From IMG/VR virus record IMGVR_UViG_3300033156_000141, positions 1-19,091 of that record: a stretch of DNA of 19,091 nt. The stretch is one strand, 5' to 3'. Under the pieces are notes generated by a model. The model did not search any database. It was given only the letters and a program-made list of their open reading frames with translations, and was not told where the DNA came from. Made by a program: the position numbers and the translations under genes. Source of the stretch: a virus (taxonomy: Duplodnaviria; Heunggongvirae; Uroviricota; Caudoviricetes). Below are positions 6,536-15,056 of the stretch, piece after piece. Every line of letters begins with the position of its first letter. The stretch's first letter is position 1.

Positions 6536-8194
6536 ATGTCAGCTCCTGATGAGAGTATAGGAATAGCATTAAGGCTGTATATAGATCCTGATGCATACAA
6601 TAAAGTAGAACAGCAACTATCTCAACTTCAGAATAAAATAAACTCTCTTAGACTAAATATGGAAAGACTAGGAAGAACTAGAGCTCCTGTTAGAATAGGA
6701 GATGAAGAAGTAAGAGCACCAAGAAGAGGAGTAGGAGCTAGACCTGAAGTTATTAGATCTATACGAGAGGAATACGATAGATTTGTAGAAGCTAATGCTG
6801 ATTTAATAAAAAGAATGCAGCTTTCTTCAAAGGTATGGAATGATATCGTTAAATTGACCAAAAGAGGAATTGTTAGTCAATCTGAGCTAAACAGACTAGC
6901 CGAAGAATTTGCCGATATAACTGGTATTTCAGTAACACAAGCTAGAAGACAAGTCAGAGTTCTCCAAGCTCTTCAAAGAGAACAGAGAGCTACTAGATTA
7001 TGGAGAGATATCACTGTATTGGCTACATCCAGTACAGCTAGGCAACGTGATTTGAATGCAGCTATAGCTTTGTATGCTAAGGAAATAGGTAGAGCTCAGA
7101 GAGATGTTAGACAATGGGTAGCTTCGTATCAACAAATAGCAAGACAACAACAGATAGCTGCTATATCAGCTCAGTCTTTAAGATATAGACAGGGATTGTT
7201 AGGACAGACTATGAGAGAGCTTGGTGGTACTGTGTTCTGGTTGGGACTTGGATTAATGTTTATGGTGATGTCTATTCAAAGAGTTAACAGAGCTTTATAT
7301 TCAATTACACTAGCAGTTAGAAGTGTAGAAAGAGCTCAGGAAAACTTAAAGCTAGCTCAAGAAGAATATACAAGAACGTTATTTGAATTTGGACCTAATT
7401 CACAAGAAGCTAGGATGGCTTATATGAGACTAAGAGATGCTCAGGAATCTGTTAGAATGTCTCAGATTAGAGTAAGAGAAGCACAAGAGAACTATATTAA
7501 CTCAATTCTTATGTTTGTGTTTGGAACTATACCTACATTCATAAGAGCTAGTATTTCATTGTATGATATTCTTACTAAAATCATAGTTACTAAATACATA
7601 GCTTCGAGAGTTACAGATCAAATGAGTGCTTCTGAAGCTACCTATTTAGCTATTGAAGCAGCTGGTAAACCAGTAAGAGTAATGGCAGTATCTTTGACAA
7701 CTGCTCAAGCTCTAGCAACTAATAAATTGGCTATAGCTGTTGGTCTGGCTACAGCTGGTATTTCACTTCTTATAGGATTACTTGCAAACTACTATGTGCA
7801 ACAACAAATGAATCAAGCTATGTTAGAAGCTACTACTGAGTCCTATCAAAATCTTGAAGGCACATTAACCAGACACTCAGTGGTTGATTCGTTGATTAGA
7901 ACAAGAGAAGAAGTAAGAAAGCTTAATGAAGAATTCACCAGACTTCCATTAAAATCACACTCTCCATTGGAAATTAAAACACAATATGGATGGGCTAATT
8001 TGGGAGCTTTAGATGAAACGGATATTGGTCTTGGTAGAAAGCTATCCGTTACATCTACTAATGTTCAGGTAGGAGTAACTGTAAATGGTCCATTCTATAT
8101 TAGAGAGGAAGCTGATATCAATAAGATAGCAAAAGCTATCCAGAGTCAAATAACTCGTGGAGTAAGAAGTAGAGTTGGAGGTGTCATAACTTGA
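6536..8194 (+). CDS. Tail tape measure protein
   Basis: 552 aa, helical A/Q/R/E-rich, with hydrophobic segments (LGGTVFWLGLGLMFMVMSI; LAIAVGLATAGISLLIGLL), a typical C-terminal VGVTVNG...ADINKIAKAI, and position after the chaperone pair. Confidence 0.85.
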   Translation: MSAPDESIGIALRLYIDPDAYNKVEQQLSQLQNKINSLRLNMERLGRTRAPVRIGDEEVRAPRRGVGARPEVIRSIREEYDRFVEANADLIKRMQLSSKVWNDIVKLTKRGIVSQSELNRLAEEFADITGISVTQARRQVRVLQALQREQRATRLWRDITVLATSSTARQRDLNAAIALYAKEIGRAQRDVRQWVASYQQIARQQQIAAISAQSLRYRQGLLGQTMRELGGTVFWLGLGLMFMVMSIQRVNRALYSITLAVRSVERAQENLKLAQEEYTRTLFEFGPNSQEARMAYMRLRDAQESVRMSQIRVREAQENYINSILMFVFGTIPTFIRASISLYDILTKIIVTKYIASRVTDQMSASEATYLAIEAAGKPVRVMAVSLTTAQALATNKLAIAVGLATAGISLLIGLLANYYVQQQMNQAMLEATTESYQNLEGTLTRHSVVDSLIRTREEVRKLNEEFTRLPLKSHSPLEIKTQYGWANLGALDETDIGLGRKLSVTSTNVQVGVTVNGPFYIREEADINKIAKAIQSQITRGVRSRVGGVIT

Positions 8195-10953
8195 GCAATC
8201 CAGCTCTTCAATCAAGATCATCTGTAGAAGTGTTCTTTCAAGTAGGATATGGAAATGATGGAATGTATGCTTATGATAGTGTTAAGTCTCCTTGGGGATT
8301 CTATCCTACTACAGGATGGAGTAATGATGGAGACATAGCTACTATTGAAGTAGAATCTGGAGAATCAACATTTGAGTCTACAATTCCATCAGCACTACTA
8401 TTAACAATGATATCTTCATCATTTCCAAATGTTTTCTTTAGAGCTAAGATCAAAGAAGCTGGCTCACAATACAAGTATGGAGTTAGGTATTATGATGATA
8501 CAGAAGAATTCTCTCCTTACTATGGTAATGAAGATTGGCAAACTAACTCACTAAGATTGTCAGCTATTGGAAAGAACATTAGATCATTCAAAATTAGTGT
8601 AATAGGCACGATCGAAGCTGACTACTTTATGTTTTGTGGAGACACAACTCCAGCTTATTTAACTATTCTTCCATTGAAAATGGACATTAAAAGAGCTATA
8701 ACTGATGAGATAGATACTGCTGAGTTTACGCTTGACTTTCCAGACTATTGTAACTATGATTTTCTTGGTTCACATATTAAAGTATGGCTAGCTAAGGACA
8801 CTGTAATTACTTCTTCAAGCTTTAGAAAAGTTTTTACTGGGATAGTCGAACATATAAACAAGACAGTTGAAGGTCATGAGCCTAGAAACTTAGTTTTAAA
8901 TGCTAATGGATATGGTTCATATCTTAGAAGGAAAGTGTTTAAGATAGGAAAGTCTATGGCAGGATACACTCATGAAGTTGTAAGAGGAATAGTGGAAGAT
9001 CTTGTTGAAGAAGGGCTAGTAACCACACATCATGTATATGAGACTTCTGAGTCCTTCTATTATTCAACAAGACAGAACAAGTATGCTTCTGATGCATTAG
9101 AAGAGTTAGCTGATAAGTACGATTATGATTTCTATGTTGATGTTGGAAGTGATCTTCATTTCTGGAAAAGAGGAACACTTGAGAGTGATTTGAATATAGA
9201 TATTGATGAGACACATGAATTTCCATATGAGGAGGATTTAGAGTCTGTAATTAATTATCAACAAGTTATAGGAGCTGACGTAGGAACTATTGGGAGTGAT
9301 ATGTTATGGTGTGATCAGCTTAGCAATTGGAGTGCAAGTGGTAATTTGTCCTTGGATAATCAAGTAGTTTATAGTGAAGCTGAGGGGTCTGTATCTCTTA
9401 GAAACTCTGTCTCTAATGCTATGATTTGGTTTGAACGTACTCTTGATCCAAGTGAACAGGATCTTTCACTAGGAGGTGTTTTGACATATGCTTTACAAGT
9501 AAGAGCAAATACTTCAGCTTCTGGATTGTCACCTAAACTTAAGACAAGAAATATGTTCATAAGTCCAAAGGGAACATTTACTGTTGTGGTAGAATCTTCT
9601 GGAGGTTTAAAATCAAAACGAAGCTTAGAAAGATATGATGCAATTCCTTATCCAGATTATCCAGGAGATGACTATTATTTCTGGTACTATCCATTTTCTG
9701 TATTTGAAGTTCCATTTAATTACAAAGCTAGAACACCACCAACTAAAGCTGGGTCGACGATTGACTGGAGTGAAATTCGTACAATAAGAGTTGAAGTGAT
9801 AGAACCTGATACTTCCAGCTCAGAAGGTATAGCTTGGTTAGATAATTTCTATATTAAGGATGTTTATCTCTCAACTATAGTGTCCAGCTATGACTCTATT
9901 GTGAAATATGGTAGAAGAGAAGGAATTCCAATTGGTCCAGATCCTGAACTGGATACAATGGATAAAGTGGCTTTCATTGGTTCTGTAGTAGTATCTGTTT
10001 ACAAAGATCCTATTAGAACAGTTACTGATGTTAAAACTCTAAGGGGATTTGATTTCCAACTCGGATATGAACATACCATTTCAGTTTTAGAAATGCAGAA
10101 TGTTCCATTAATACTTAGAAACATCAGACACGAAGTCAAGGGGATGGATTTTAATACCTATTTGACATTCACAAAGAGACATATACCGTCACCAGAGAAG
10201 CTATTAGCAATTACCAAGAAGCAACTAAGAGCTTATGGATGGGATATTGAGGCTTGGAAAAATGCAAGATCTCCAGCAAGTGTATTTGATACAAGATCAG
10301 AAGCTATTGAATTCTGGGAAGCTGATCTAGATTTTGCTAGAGCAGCTTTAGTTAGTTCAGTCTTTGCAGTATCCGTTGGAGATTCAACTGAAAATTATGG
10401 AGTATTAAATCCAACATACGTTGAGTCTTTTGAAGTTGGTGGAGGTGGTTATTACAAAGTTAGAATTGCAAACTCAGCTGGTCATTTATCTGGTGTAAAG
10501 TCAAAACTAAGATCATTAGATGGAAATAATAAAATACAATTTAGATTCAAAGCTGTACCAGAGATTTTTAGCTCTACTTCGGAAAATAGACACATGATAA
10601 TTGGTATTTACGATCCAGATACTGAATCTGGTTATCATTTTTACTTTGAAATGCCTGCTCTTGAAACAACTGGTACATTGTACTTTGTAGTAAACAACCC
10701 AGGAATTTCTACTTACAACACAGTTACTATCGGTACGTGGGCTAGTGGCAATACTTATGATTGTTGGTGTATAGTTGATCCAGATGTAAACAGAGTACAC
10801 ATATTACTTGATGAAGAACATATAGATACTGTCACAGACAATATAGTTTCTGGAACATTTCATCCATTTTCAGTGTATGGGTATACTGGTGAGGTTACAG
10901 CTGGTAGTATTCAGGTTGAATTATACGGTTATCAGGTGGCATATGCATGGTGA
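8191..10953 (+). CDS. Tail tip hub/Tal-like protein with additional beta-sandwich (carbohydrate-binding-like) domains
   Basis: KRAITDEIDTAEFTL, DALEELADKYDYDFYVDVGSDLHFW and SIVKYGRREG resemble hub-type tail tip proteins. TTGA overlap with the tape measure stop. Confidence 0.65.
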   Translation: MSNPALQSRSSVEVFFQVGYGNDGMYAYDSVKSPWGFYPTTGWSNDGDIATIEVESGESTFESTIPSALLLTMISSSFPNVFFRAKIKEAGSQYKYGVRYYDDTEEFSPYYGNEDWQTNSLRLSAIGKNIRSFKISVIGTIEADYFMFCGDTTPAYLTILPLKMDIKRAITDEIDTAEFTLDFPDYCNYDFLGSHIKVWLAKDTVITSSSFRKVFTGIVEHINKTVEGHEPRNLVLNANGYGSYLRRKVFKIGKSMAGYTHEVVRGIVEDLVEEGLVTTHHVYETSESFYYSTRQNKYASDALEELADKYDYDFYVDVGSDLHFWKRGTLESDLNIDIDETHEFPYEEDLESVINYQQVIGADVGTIGSDMLWCDQLSNWSASGNLSLDNQVVYSEAEGSVSLRNSVSNAMIWFERTLDPSEQDLSLGGVLTYALQVRANTSASGLSPKLKTRNMFISPKGTFTVVVESSGGLKSKRSLERYDAIPYPDYPGDDYYFWYYPFSVFEVPFNYKARTPPTKAGSTIDWSEIRTIRVEVIEPDTSSSEGIAWLDNFYIKDVYLSTIVSSYDSIVKYGRREGIPIGPDPELDTMDKVAFIGSVVVSVYKDPIRTVTDVKTLRGFDFQLGYEHTISVLEMQNVPLILRNIRHEVKGMDFNTYLTFTKRHIPSPEKLLAITKKQLRAYGWDIEAWKNARSPASVFDTRSEAIEFWEADLDFARAALVSSVFAVSVGDSTENYGVLNPTYVESFEVGGGGYYKVRIANSAGHLSGVKSKLRSLDGNNKIQFRFKAVPEIFSSTSENRHMIIGIYDPDTESGYHFYFEMPALETTGTLYFVVNNPGISTYNTVTIGTWASGNTYDCWCIVDPDVNRVHILLDEEHIDTVTDNIVSGTFHPFSVYGYTGEVTAGSIQVELYGYQVAYAW

Positions 10954-11231
10954 AAAGAATTATAATACTTAGGAAAAGAAACATCATAAAAGAGCTGGAA
11001 AATCTAGGGTTCAATGTGCTTTATGCAGAAAACGATAAGATTGTACTAGAACCTAAGGATTCAAACGCTACTCTATCAGCTAGAGCATTAAACAAGATTC
11101 TTCCTGGTTGGGAGAAAGAAGAAACACTTAAAAATAAAATTAAAGATACTGAGATAAAATCAATGATGAGAGCAGCTAGGAGGATGATACATGCCGATAG
11201 CAATTCCAATTCGGGTAATAAAGATAGTTAA
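10947..11231 (+). CDS. Hypothetical protein
   Basis: 94-aa ORF overlapping the hub stop and filling the gap; no recognised motif. Confidence 0.55.
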   Translation: MVKRIIILRKRNIIKELENLGFNVLYAENDKIVLEPKDSNATLSARALNKILPGWEKEETLKNKIKDTEIKSMMRAARRMIHADSNSNSGNKDS

Positions 11232-12042
11232 GAAAACATACAGGCGATTACTTAAGGAATTTCTTTCCATAAGAGAGAAAACTAATCTATTTGTTAATCT
11301 GAGTAAGTCAGTCAGTATTATAGAACGATTTGTACATAGAATGATCTTAAGAGATTTACTTAGCATCGGTTATTGCATCAAGATAAAAATTCTCCTATTT
11401 GAAGACATTATTTTATCACTGATAACCAAGATAGCTCTAAAGCTAAGAAATTACATTTCATTATATGAAAGACTAGTTATCAACTTGATGGTACATGATA
11501 CTGAGACTATTGTTAAGAATATTAAGATCAATCTAAGCTTACTTGAAAATCTACTTCAATCAGAAATTATTAAAGTCTTAATCTCTCTAAGGCAATCCAT
11601 ACTTACCTTTGAAAAATTGAAAATGCACTTGTTTATGACAGATATTCAATCAATCAGTAGTAAAATATCCTTAGTAACTAAGCAAATTGAAAGTGCTCTT
11701 GTAAATGAGCTACAGAATATTTATTTAAAAATAACCAAAAATGTATCTGCTAGTGATTTTCTTAAGAGAACACATCTGTTTATGAAAGAATCGTATTCAA
11801 TATTGAAGAGTATGAAAATGAAAATATCAAATCTAGTAGAAAACATAACATTATCTGATCTTTATCAGACACTCAAGCTTAAGCTTTCGAGTTCAGTGAC
11901 TCTATCAGAGAATCTTTATTACGAAGTTTATCCATTTGTATATTCTCTGGATATAGTCACTGGATATCCAAGTAAGACATTCCCTTCACTTGATATTACT
12001 AGTACAGAAGTTAAGACTTATGGGGAAGTTACTATATCATGA
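11191..12042 (+). CDS. Fibre-shaft-like protein with 14 tandem 16/17-residue repeats
   Basis: From aa 21: ten consecutive 16-aa units, then three 17-aa units and a final unit; consensus roughly L-x-E-x-I-S-I-x-E-x-I-K-I-x-L-x. Confidence 0.7.
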   Translation: MPIAIPIRVIKIVKKTYRRLLKEFLSIREKTNLFVNLSKSVSIIERFVHRMILRDLLSIGYCIKIKILLFEDIILSLITKIALKLRNYISLYERLVINLMVHDTETIVKNIKINLSLLENLLQSEIIKVLISLRQSILTFEKLKMHLFMTDIQSISSKISLVTKQIESALVNELQNIYLKITKNVSASDFLKRTHLFMKESYSILKSMKMKISNLVENITLSDLYQTLKLKLSSSVTLSENLYYEVYPFVYSLDIVTGYPSKTFPSLDITSTEVKTYGEVTIS

Positions 12043-12059
12043 AATATAGGTGAGTGAGT

Positions 12060-12353
12060 ATGAGTGAATATAAGATAAATGAAGTAAGAGTTGAAGGAGA
12101 TACAGCTCTTATAGTACTTATGTCTGATACTGATGGATTTGGAGTATCAATTGCATATTCACAGTTACTAGAGATGTCAGAATCTGAACTAGATGCATTT
12201 CTACAGTCCAGAATCAAGGAACGAATTAAACATCTAGAAGCTGTAGAAAAAGAGAAAGAAAATAGCAAGAATAAAGAAGAACATATTAAACATCTAGTTG
12301 GAAAGAAGATCAAAATTTCTAAAGAAATAATCGGTGAAGGAGGTGAAGAATAA
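12060..12353 (+). CDS. Hypothetical tail-associated protein
   Basis: AGGTGA SD 6 nt upstream of ATG 12060 (track start GTG 12054); beta N-terminal half, charged helical C-terminal half. Confidence 0.65.
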   Translation: MSEYKINEVRVEGDTALIVLMSDTDGFGVSIAYSQLLEMSESELDAFLQSRIKERIKHLEAVEKEKENSKNKEEHIKHLVGKKIKISKEIIGEGGEE

Positions 12354-12539
12354 ATGATCACTAGCAACCAAGAGATATCTGTCCTTATAGAGAAGATAGC
12401 TAGGAATCTACAGTCTGCTATATGGGTTCTTCAAAACACTATGGAAGATCTTCAACGGTTAGGAGTATTGATATCTGAGATTAATAGAGAACTACAAGAC
12501 AAGAAAGAGAATAAGACTAAGACCAAGGAGAAGAAATAA
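12354..12539 (+). CDS. Small coiled-coil protein (possible fibre chaperone)
   Basis: GGAGGTGA SD at 12339-12346; 61 aa with heptad pattern; TAATG coupling to the fibre gene. Confidence 0.65.
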   Translation: MITSNQEISVLIEKIARNLQSAIWVLQNTMEDLQRLGVLISEINRELQDKKENKTKTKEKK

Positions 12540-13735
12540 TGCTAGATTTCAAGTATGACATAGAGACTGGTAATCTCTTTCTGTTTGATTCAAGTAGAGT
12601 AGAGTCTATTGTAAAAAACATATTAAAGAAAGGATTCAAACTTGGAGATAACACTATCTATCTTAGACCAACATATATAGATATGGATGGTAATCCAATC
12701 CAGAATGCTGGAGACATGTATCCTAAAACAAGCGGAACATACTCGTTAGGATCTTCAAGCTATAGGTGGCGAGACTTATATTTAGCCAATAGAGTTTTTA
12801 TGAGCACAGATCGTCCAATAGCATTCGGAGATCTTGCGTTTGTATGGGGAAGATTTGATTCTGCAAGAATATCTTTTAATGCGTGGTATAATGGGTCAGC
12901 GTGGCAAATTCCAAATGCTTCGTACAGGAGTTCTCTTATAGATATCGGTATTGCTACTGGCTATACATGGGGAGATGCAATAGGATTTTACTTTACACAG
13001 ACACCTGGAGGAACCGATTTCGACGAGAGGGCTGTCTTAGATTATTTGGGAAATCTGAAAATAGACGGCGATTTTGATGCTTCAGCCTTGAAAATAGGCG
13101 GAACTGAGGTTCTGACAAGCGGAAGAGTATTGCAGAATATTGCTTCAGTAGCTCAGAGTTTACTTCCAAGCTCAGACAACACACACAACCTCGGCAGCTC
13201 AAGCTATAAGTGGAAGAATGGTTATATAATCACTAATGTAATCGGTTCTGGACTGTCACTTCCGAATAACATCGCTGGAGAATTGCATGTAGGCTGGAGA
13301 AAATATGGCACATCTGGCAACTATGAGGTCAGCAGAATAGCAATACAGCCGCCGTTTCATACTGGAGGACCGTTCATAGTGTTTGCGAGAGACGAACCCA
13401 CTAATGCATATCTCACCTTGAAATATGGCACTAACAAAATTTTCGAAATACGTCATAACGGCTTATTATGGCTTTTCAATACTGCCTATCTAAAAACTAT
13501 CTTACCAGACGCAAATAACGCCTTCGACCTCGGAAGTTCAAGTTACAGGTGGAGAAATGTTCATGCCGTCAACCTCTACGGTACGGCTCATTATGCAGAT
13601 GTCTATTTCCAAGATCTTGTGTGTCCTCTCTGTCATAAAAGGTTTAAAGAACATGACAAGCTAGTATTGATAGTAACTAAAGTATCGGATAAGGAAATAA
13701 GATGTCTTCCAGCTCATCTGGAGTGTGATTCTTAA
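12539..13735 (+). CDS. Tail fibre / receptor-binding protein
   Basis: Three P-x6-LGSSSY[RK]W repeats (12722-12784, 13166-13228, 13505-13567) typical of fibre knuckles, separating Gly/aromatic beta domains. C-terminal CPLC...HLEC putative metal site. Confidence 0.8.
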   Translation: MLDFKYDIETGNLFLFDSSRVESIVKNILKKGFKLGDNTIYLRPTYIDMDGNPIQNAGDMYPKTSGTYSLGSSSYRWRDLYLANRVFMSTDRPIAFGDLAFVWGRFDSARISFNAWYNGSAWQIPNASYRSSLIDIGIATGYTWGDAIGFYFTQTPGGTDFDERAVLDYLGNLKIDGDFDASALKIGGTEVLTSGRVLQNIASVAQSLLPSSDNTHNLGSSSYKWKNGYIITNVIGSGLSLPNNIAGELHVGWRKYGTSGNYEVSRIAIQPPFHTGGPFIVFARDEPTNAYLTLKYGTNKIFEIRHNGLLWLFNTAYLKTILPDANNAFDLGSSSYRWRNVHAVNLYGTAHYADVYFQDLVCPLCHKRFKEHDKLVLIVTKVSDKEIRCLPAHLECDS

Positions 13736-14460
13736 TGGGGTTTACGTGGAGTAGGACTATAACATCTGGTACAGATATTCAGGATAGTGATGTTAATGAG
13801 ATAAAGAACAATATCGACACTATATATTCTGAGCTAGGAATCAATTATCCTGGATGTACTGGAGCTGGATGGGTTGAGCTACCTGTGTCTGCTAATGATC
13901 CAATAGAGTCAGCTGACTTCCAAGAGCTAAGGGATCGTCTTGATTATGGATGGGACAATCGTTGTCCATCTCATGATGCAGCTGACTACACTACTTATGA
14001 TGATGCAGTGCAGACTTCAGATAATGACAACCATGATAGTAGCCATCATAATGATGATAACGAGACTCACTGGGAGCAACACTTCGATGTGCACTACTAC
14101 GACGAACATACAGGGTACCAGGGCTCACACCAGAGTTCAGATTACACAGGTGAACATGTCTCAGACTGGCTTACTGATTATTCAATCCACTATGATGGTG
14201 TCAAAGACTCTGCTGATGCGTCAGACTATCCTGGTGACTACACCAGTTACAATACAGGTCACGATTCAAACTATAACGGCTCATATTACTACAGTGATGA
14301 AGGAATAGTCTATATTGATGATCATGGCACATATCGTTCTGGAGTAGATGCATCTGACAATACCTCGGATTACACTTCCTATTGTAGTACTCACAGATCA
14401 GGAGCTGATGCTACTTATAATAGTAGTGTTAATTCTGACTATAATACTATAATTACATAG
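13735..14460 (+). CDS. Tetrapeptide-repeat His/Asp/Tyr-rich protein A (putative radical SAM substrate or virion fibre protein)
   Basis: Two copies of a W-x5/6-G/N-x2-I-x3-D-x2-E-[IL]-[KR]-x3-D leader-like domain, then 41 uninterrupted tetrapeptides; TAATG-coupled to the fibre gene. Confidence 0.8.
   Translation: MGFTWSRTITSGTDIQDSDVNEIKNNIDTIYSELGINYPGCTGAGWVELPVSANDPIESADFQELRDRLDYGWDNRCPSHDAADYTTYDDAVQTSDNDNHDSSHHNDDNETHWEQHFDVHYYDEHTGYQGSHQSSDYTGEHVSDWLTDYSIHYDGVKDSADASDYPGDYTSYNTGHDSNYNGSYYYSDEGIVYIDDHGTYRSGVDASDNTSDYTSYCSTHRSGADATYNSSVNSDYNTIIT
13963..14454 (+). repeat. Array of 41 degenerate tetrapeptide units
   Basis: CPSH DAAD YTTY DDAV QTSD NDNH DSSH ... RSGA DATY NSSV NSDY NTII; position 4 is H/D/Y in 31 of 41 units. 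Confidence 0.85.
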
Positions 14461-14469
14461 GTGATTGAA

Positions 14470-15054
14470 ATGCCATTTATTTGGACTCAGGACATTTCAG
14501 TTGGAGCTGCTATAGATGCAACTGATATAAATGAGATTAGAGACAACACGGATACTCTATACGATAATATGTGTTCTTCTCACGACTCTTCCTACTGTTC
14601 AGATCATAAATCTAACGATCTAGATACAGATGATGTTACTGTTGAAACTGATAAGACTGGTGTTGATGCTGAATACTTCTTTGAAGACTGGTCTGAATAT
14701 TGGACTGGAGTTGATTTAGACTACTGTCCAGATGATAAATCATCTCACTTCATCAATGCCTTAACTGATCATTTCACTGGTGATCAAGGCATCTATTATG
14801 CGTCGTTTCTAACAGGTGACGATGGACTAATATACTCAGCAGACTATACAAACCACTTAAATGATCATCATAGTGGATATGATTCCACTGATCGTACCTC
14901 AGAGGATATCGGACACGATAGTGGATATGACGGTGTATATAATTCTTCAGCTAAAACATCAGAATATTCTGGAGATAAAGGTGTTCATTATTCCTCGTAT
15001 TATGATGATGACAAAGGTGCTGTTTATTCTACACACAATTCGAGTGTGGTGTAA
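14470..15054 (+). CDS. Tetrapeptide-repeat His/Asp/Tyr-rich protein B (paralog of A)
   Basis: One leader-like domain (FIWTQDISVGAAIDATDINEIRDNTDTL), then about 39 tetrapeptides. Start reassigned from GTG 14461 to ATG 14470 because AGGTGA lies at 14459-14464. Confidence 0.8.
   Translation: MPFIWTQDISVGAAIDATDINEIRDNTDTLYDNMCSSHDSSYCSDHKSNDLDTDDVTVETDKTGVDAEYFFEDWSEYWTGVDLDYCPDDKSSHFINALTDHFTGDQGIYYASFLTGDDGLIYSADYTNHLNDHHSGYDSTDRTSEDIGHDSGYDGVYNSSAKTSEYSGDKGVHYSSYYDDDKGAVYSTHNSSVV
14572..15048 (+). repeat. Array of 39 degenerate tetrapeptide units with one 3-residue register slip
   Basis: CSSH DSSY CSDH KSND LDTD DVTV [ETD] KTGV DAEY FFED WSEY WTGV ... KGAV YSTH NSSV. Confidence 0.8.
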
Positions 15055-15056
15055 AA

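Noticed and set aside
13940-14308. Alternative-frame ORFs 13940..14308 and 14861..15070 rich in Met/Thr/Ile
   Set aside because: Shadows of the GAT/TAC/CAT-rich tetrapeptide codons of proteins A and B; no SD and no independent motif.
13963-15048. CRISPR array, or DGR template/variable repeat, suggested by the repetitive region
   Set aside because: No conserved 25-45 nt direct repeats with spacers, no near-identical pair differing at adenines, and no reverse transcriptase in the window; the periodicity is at protein level.
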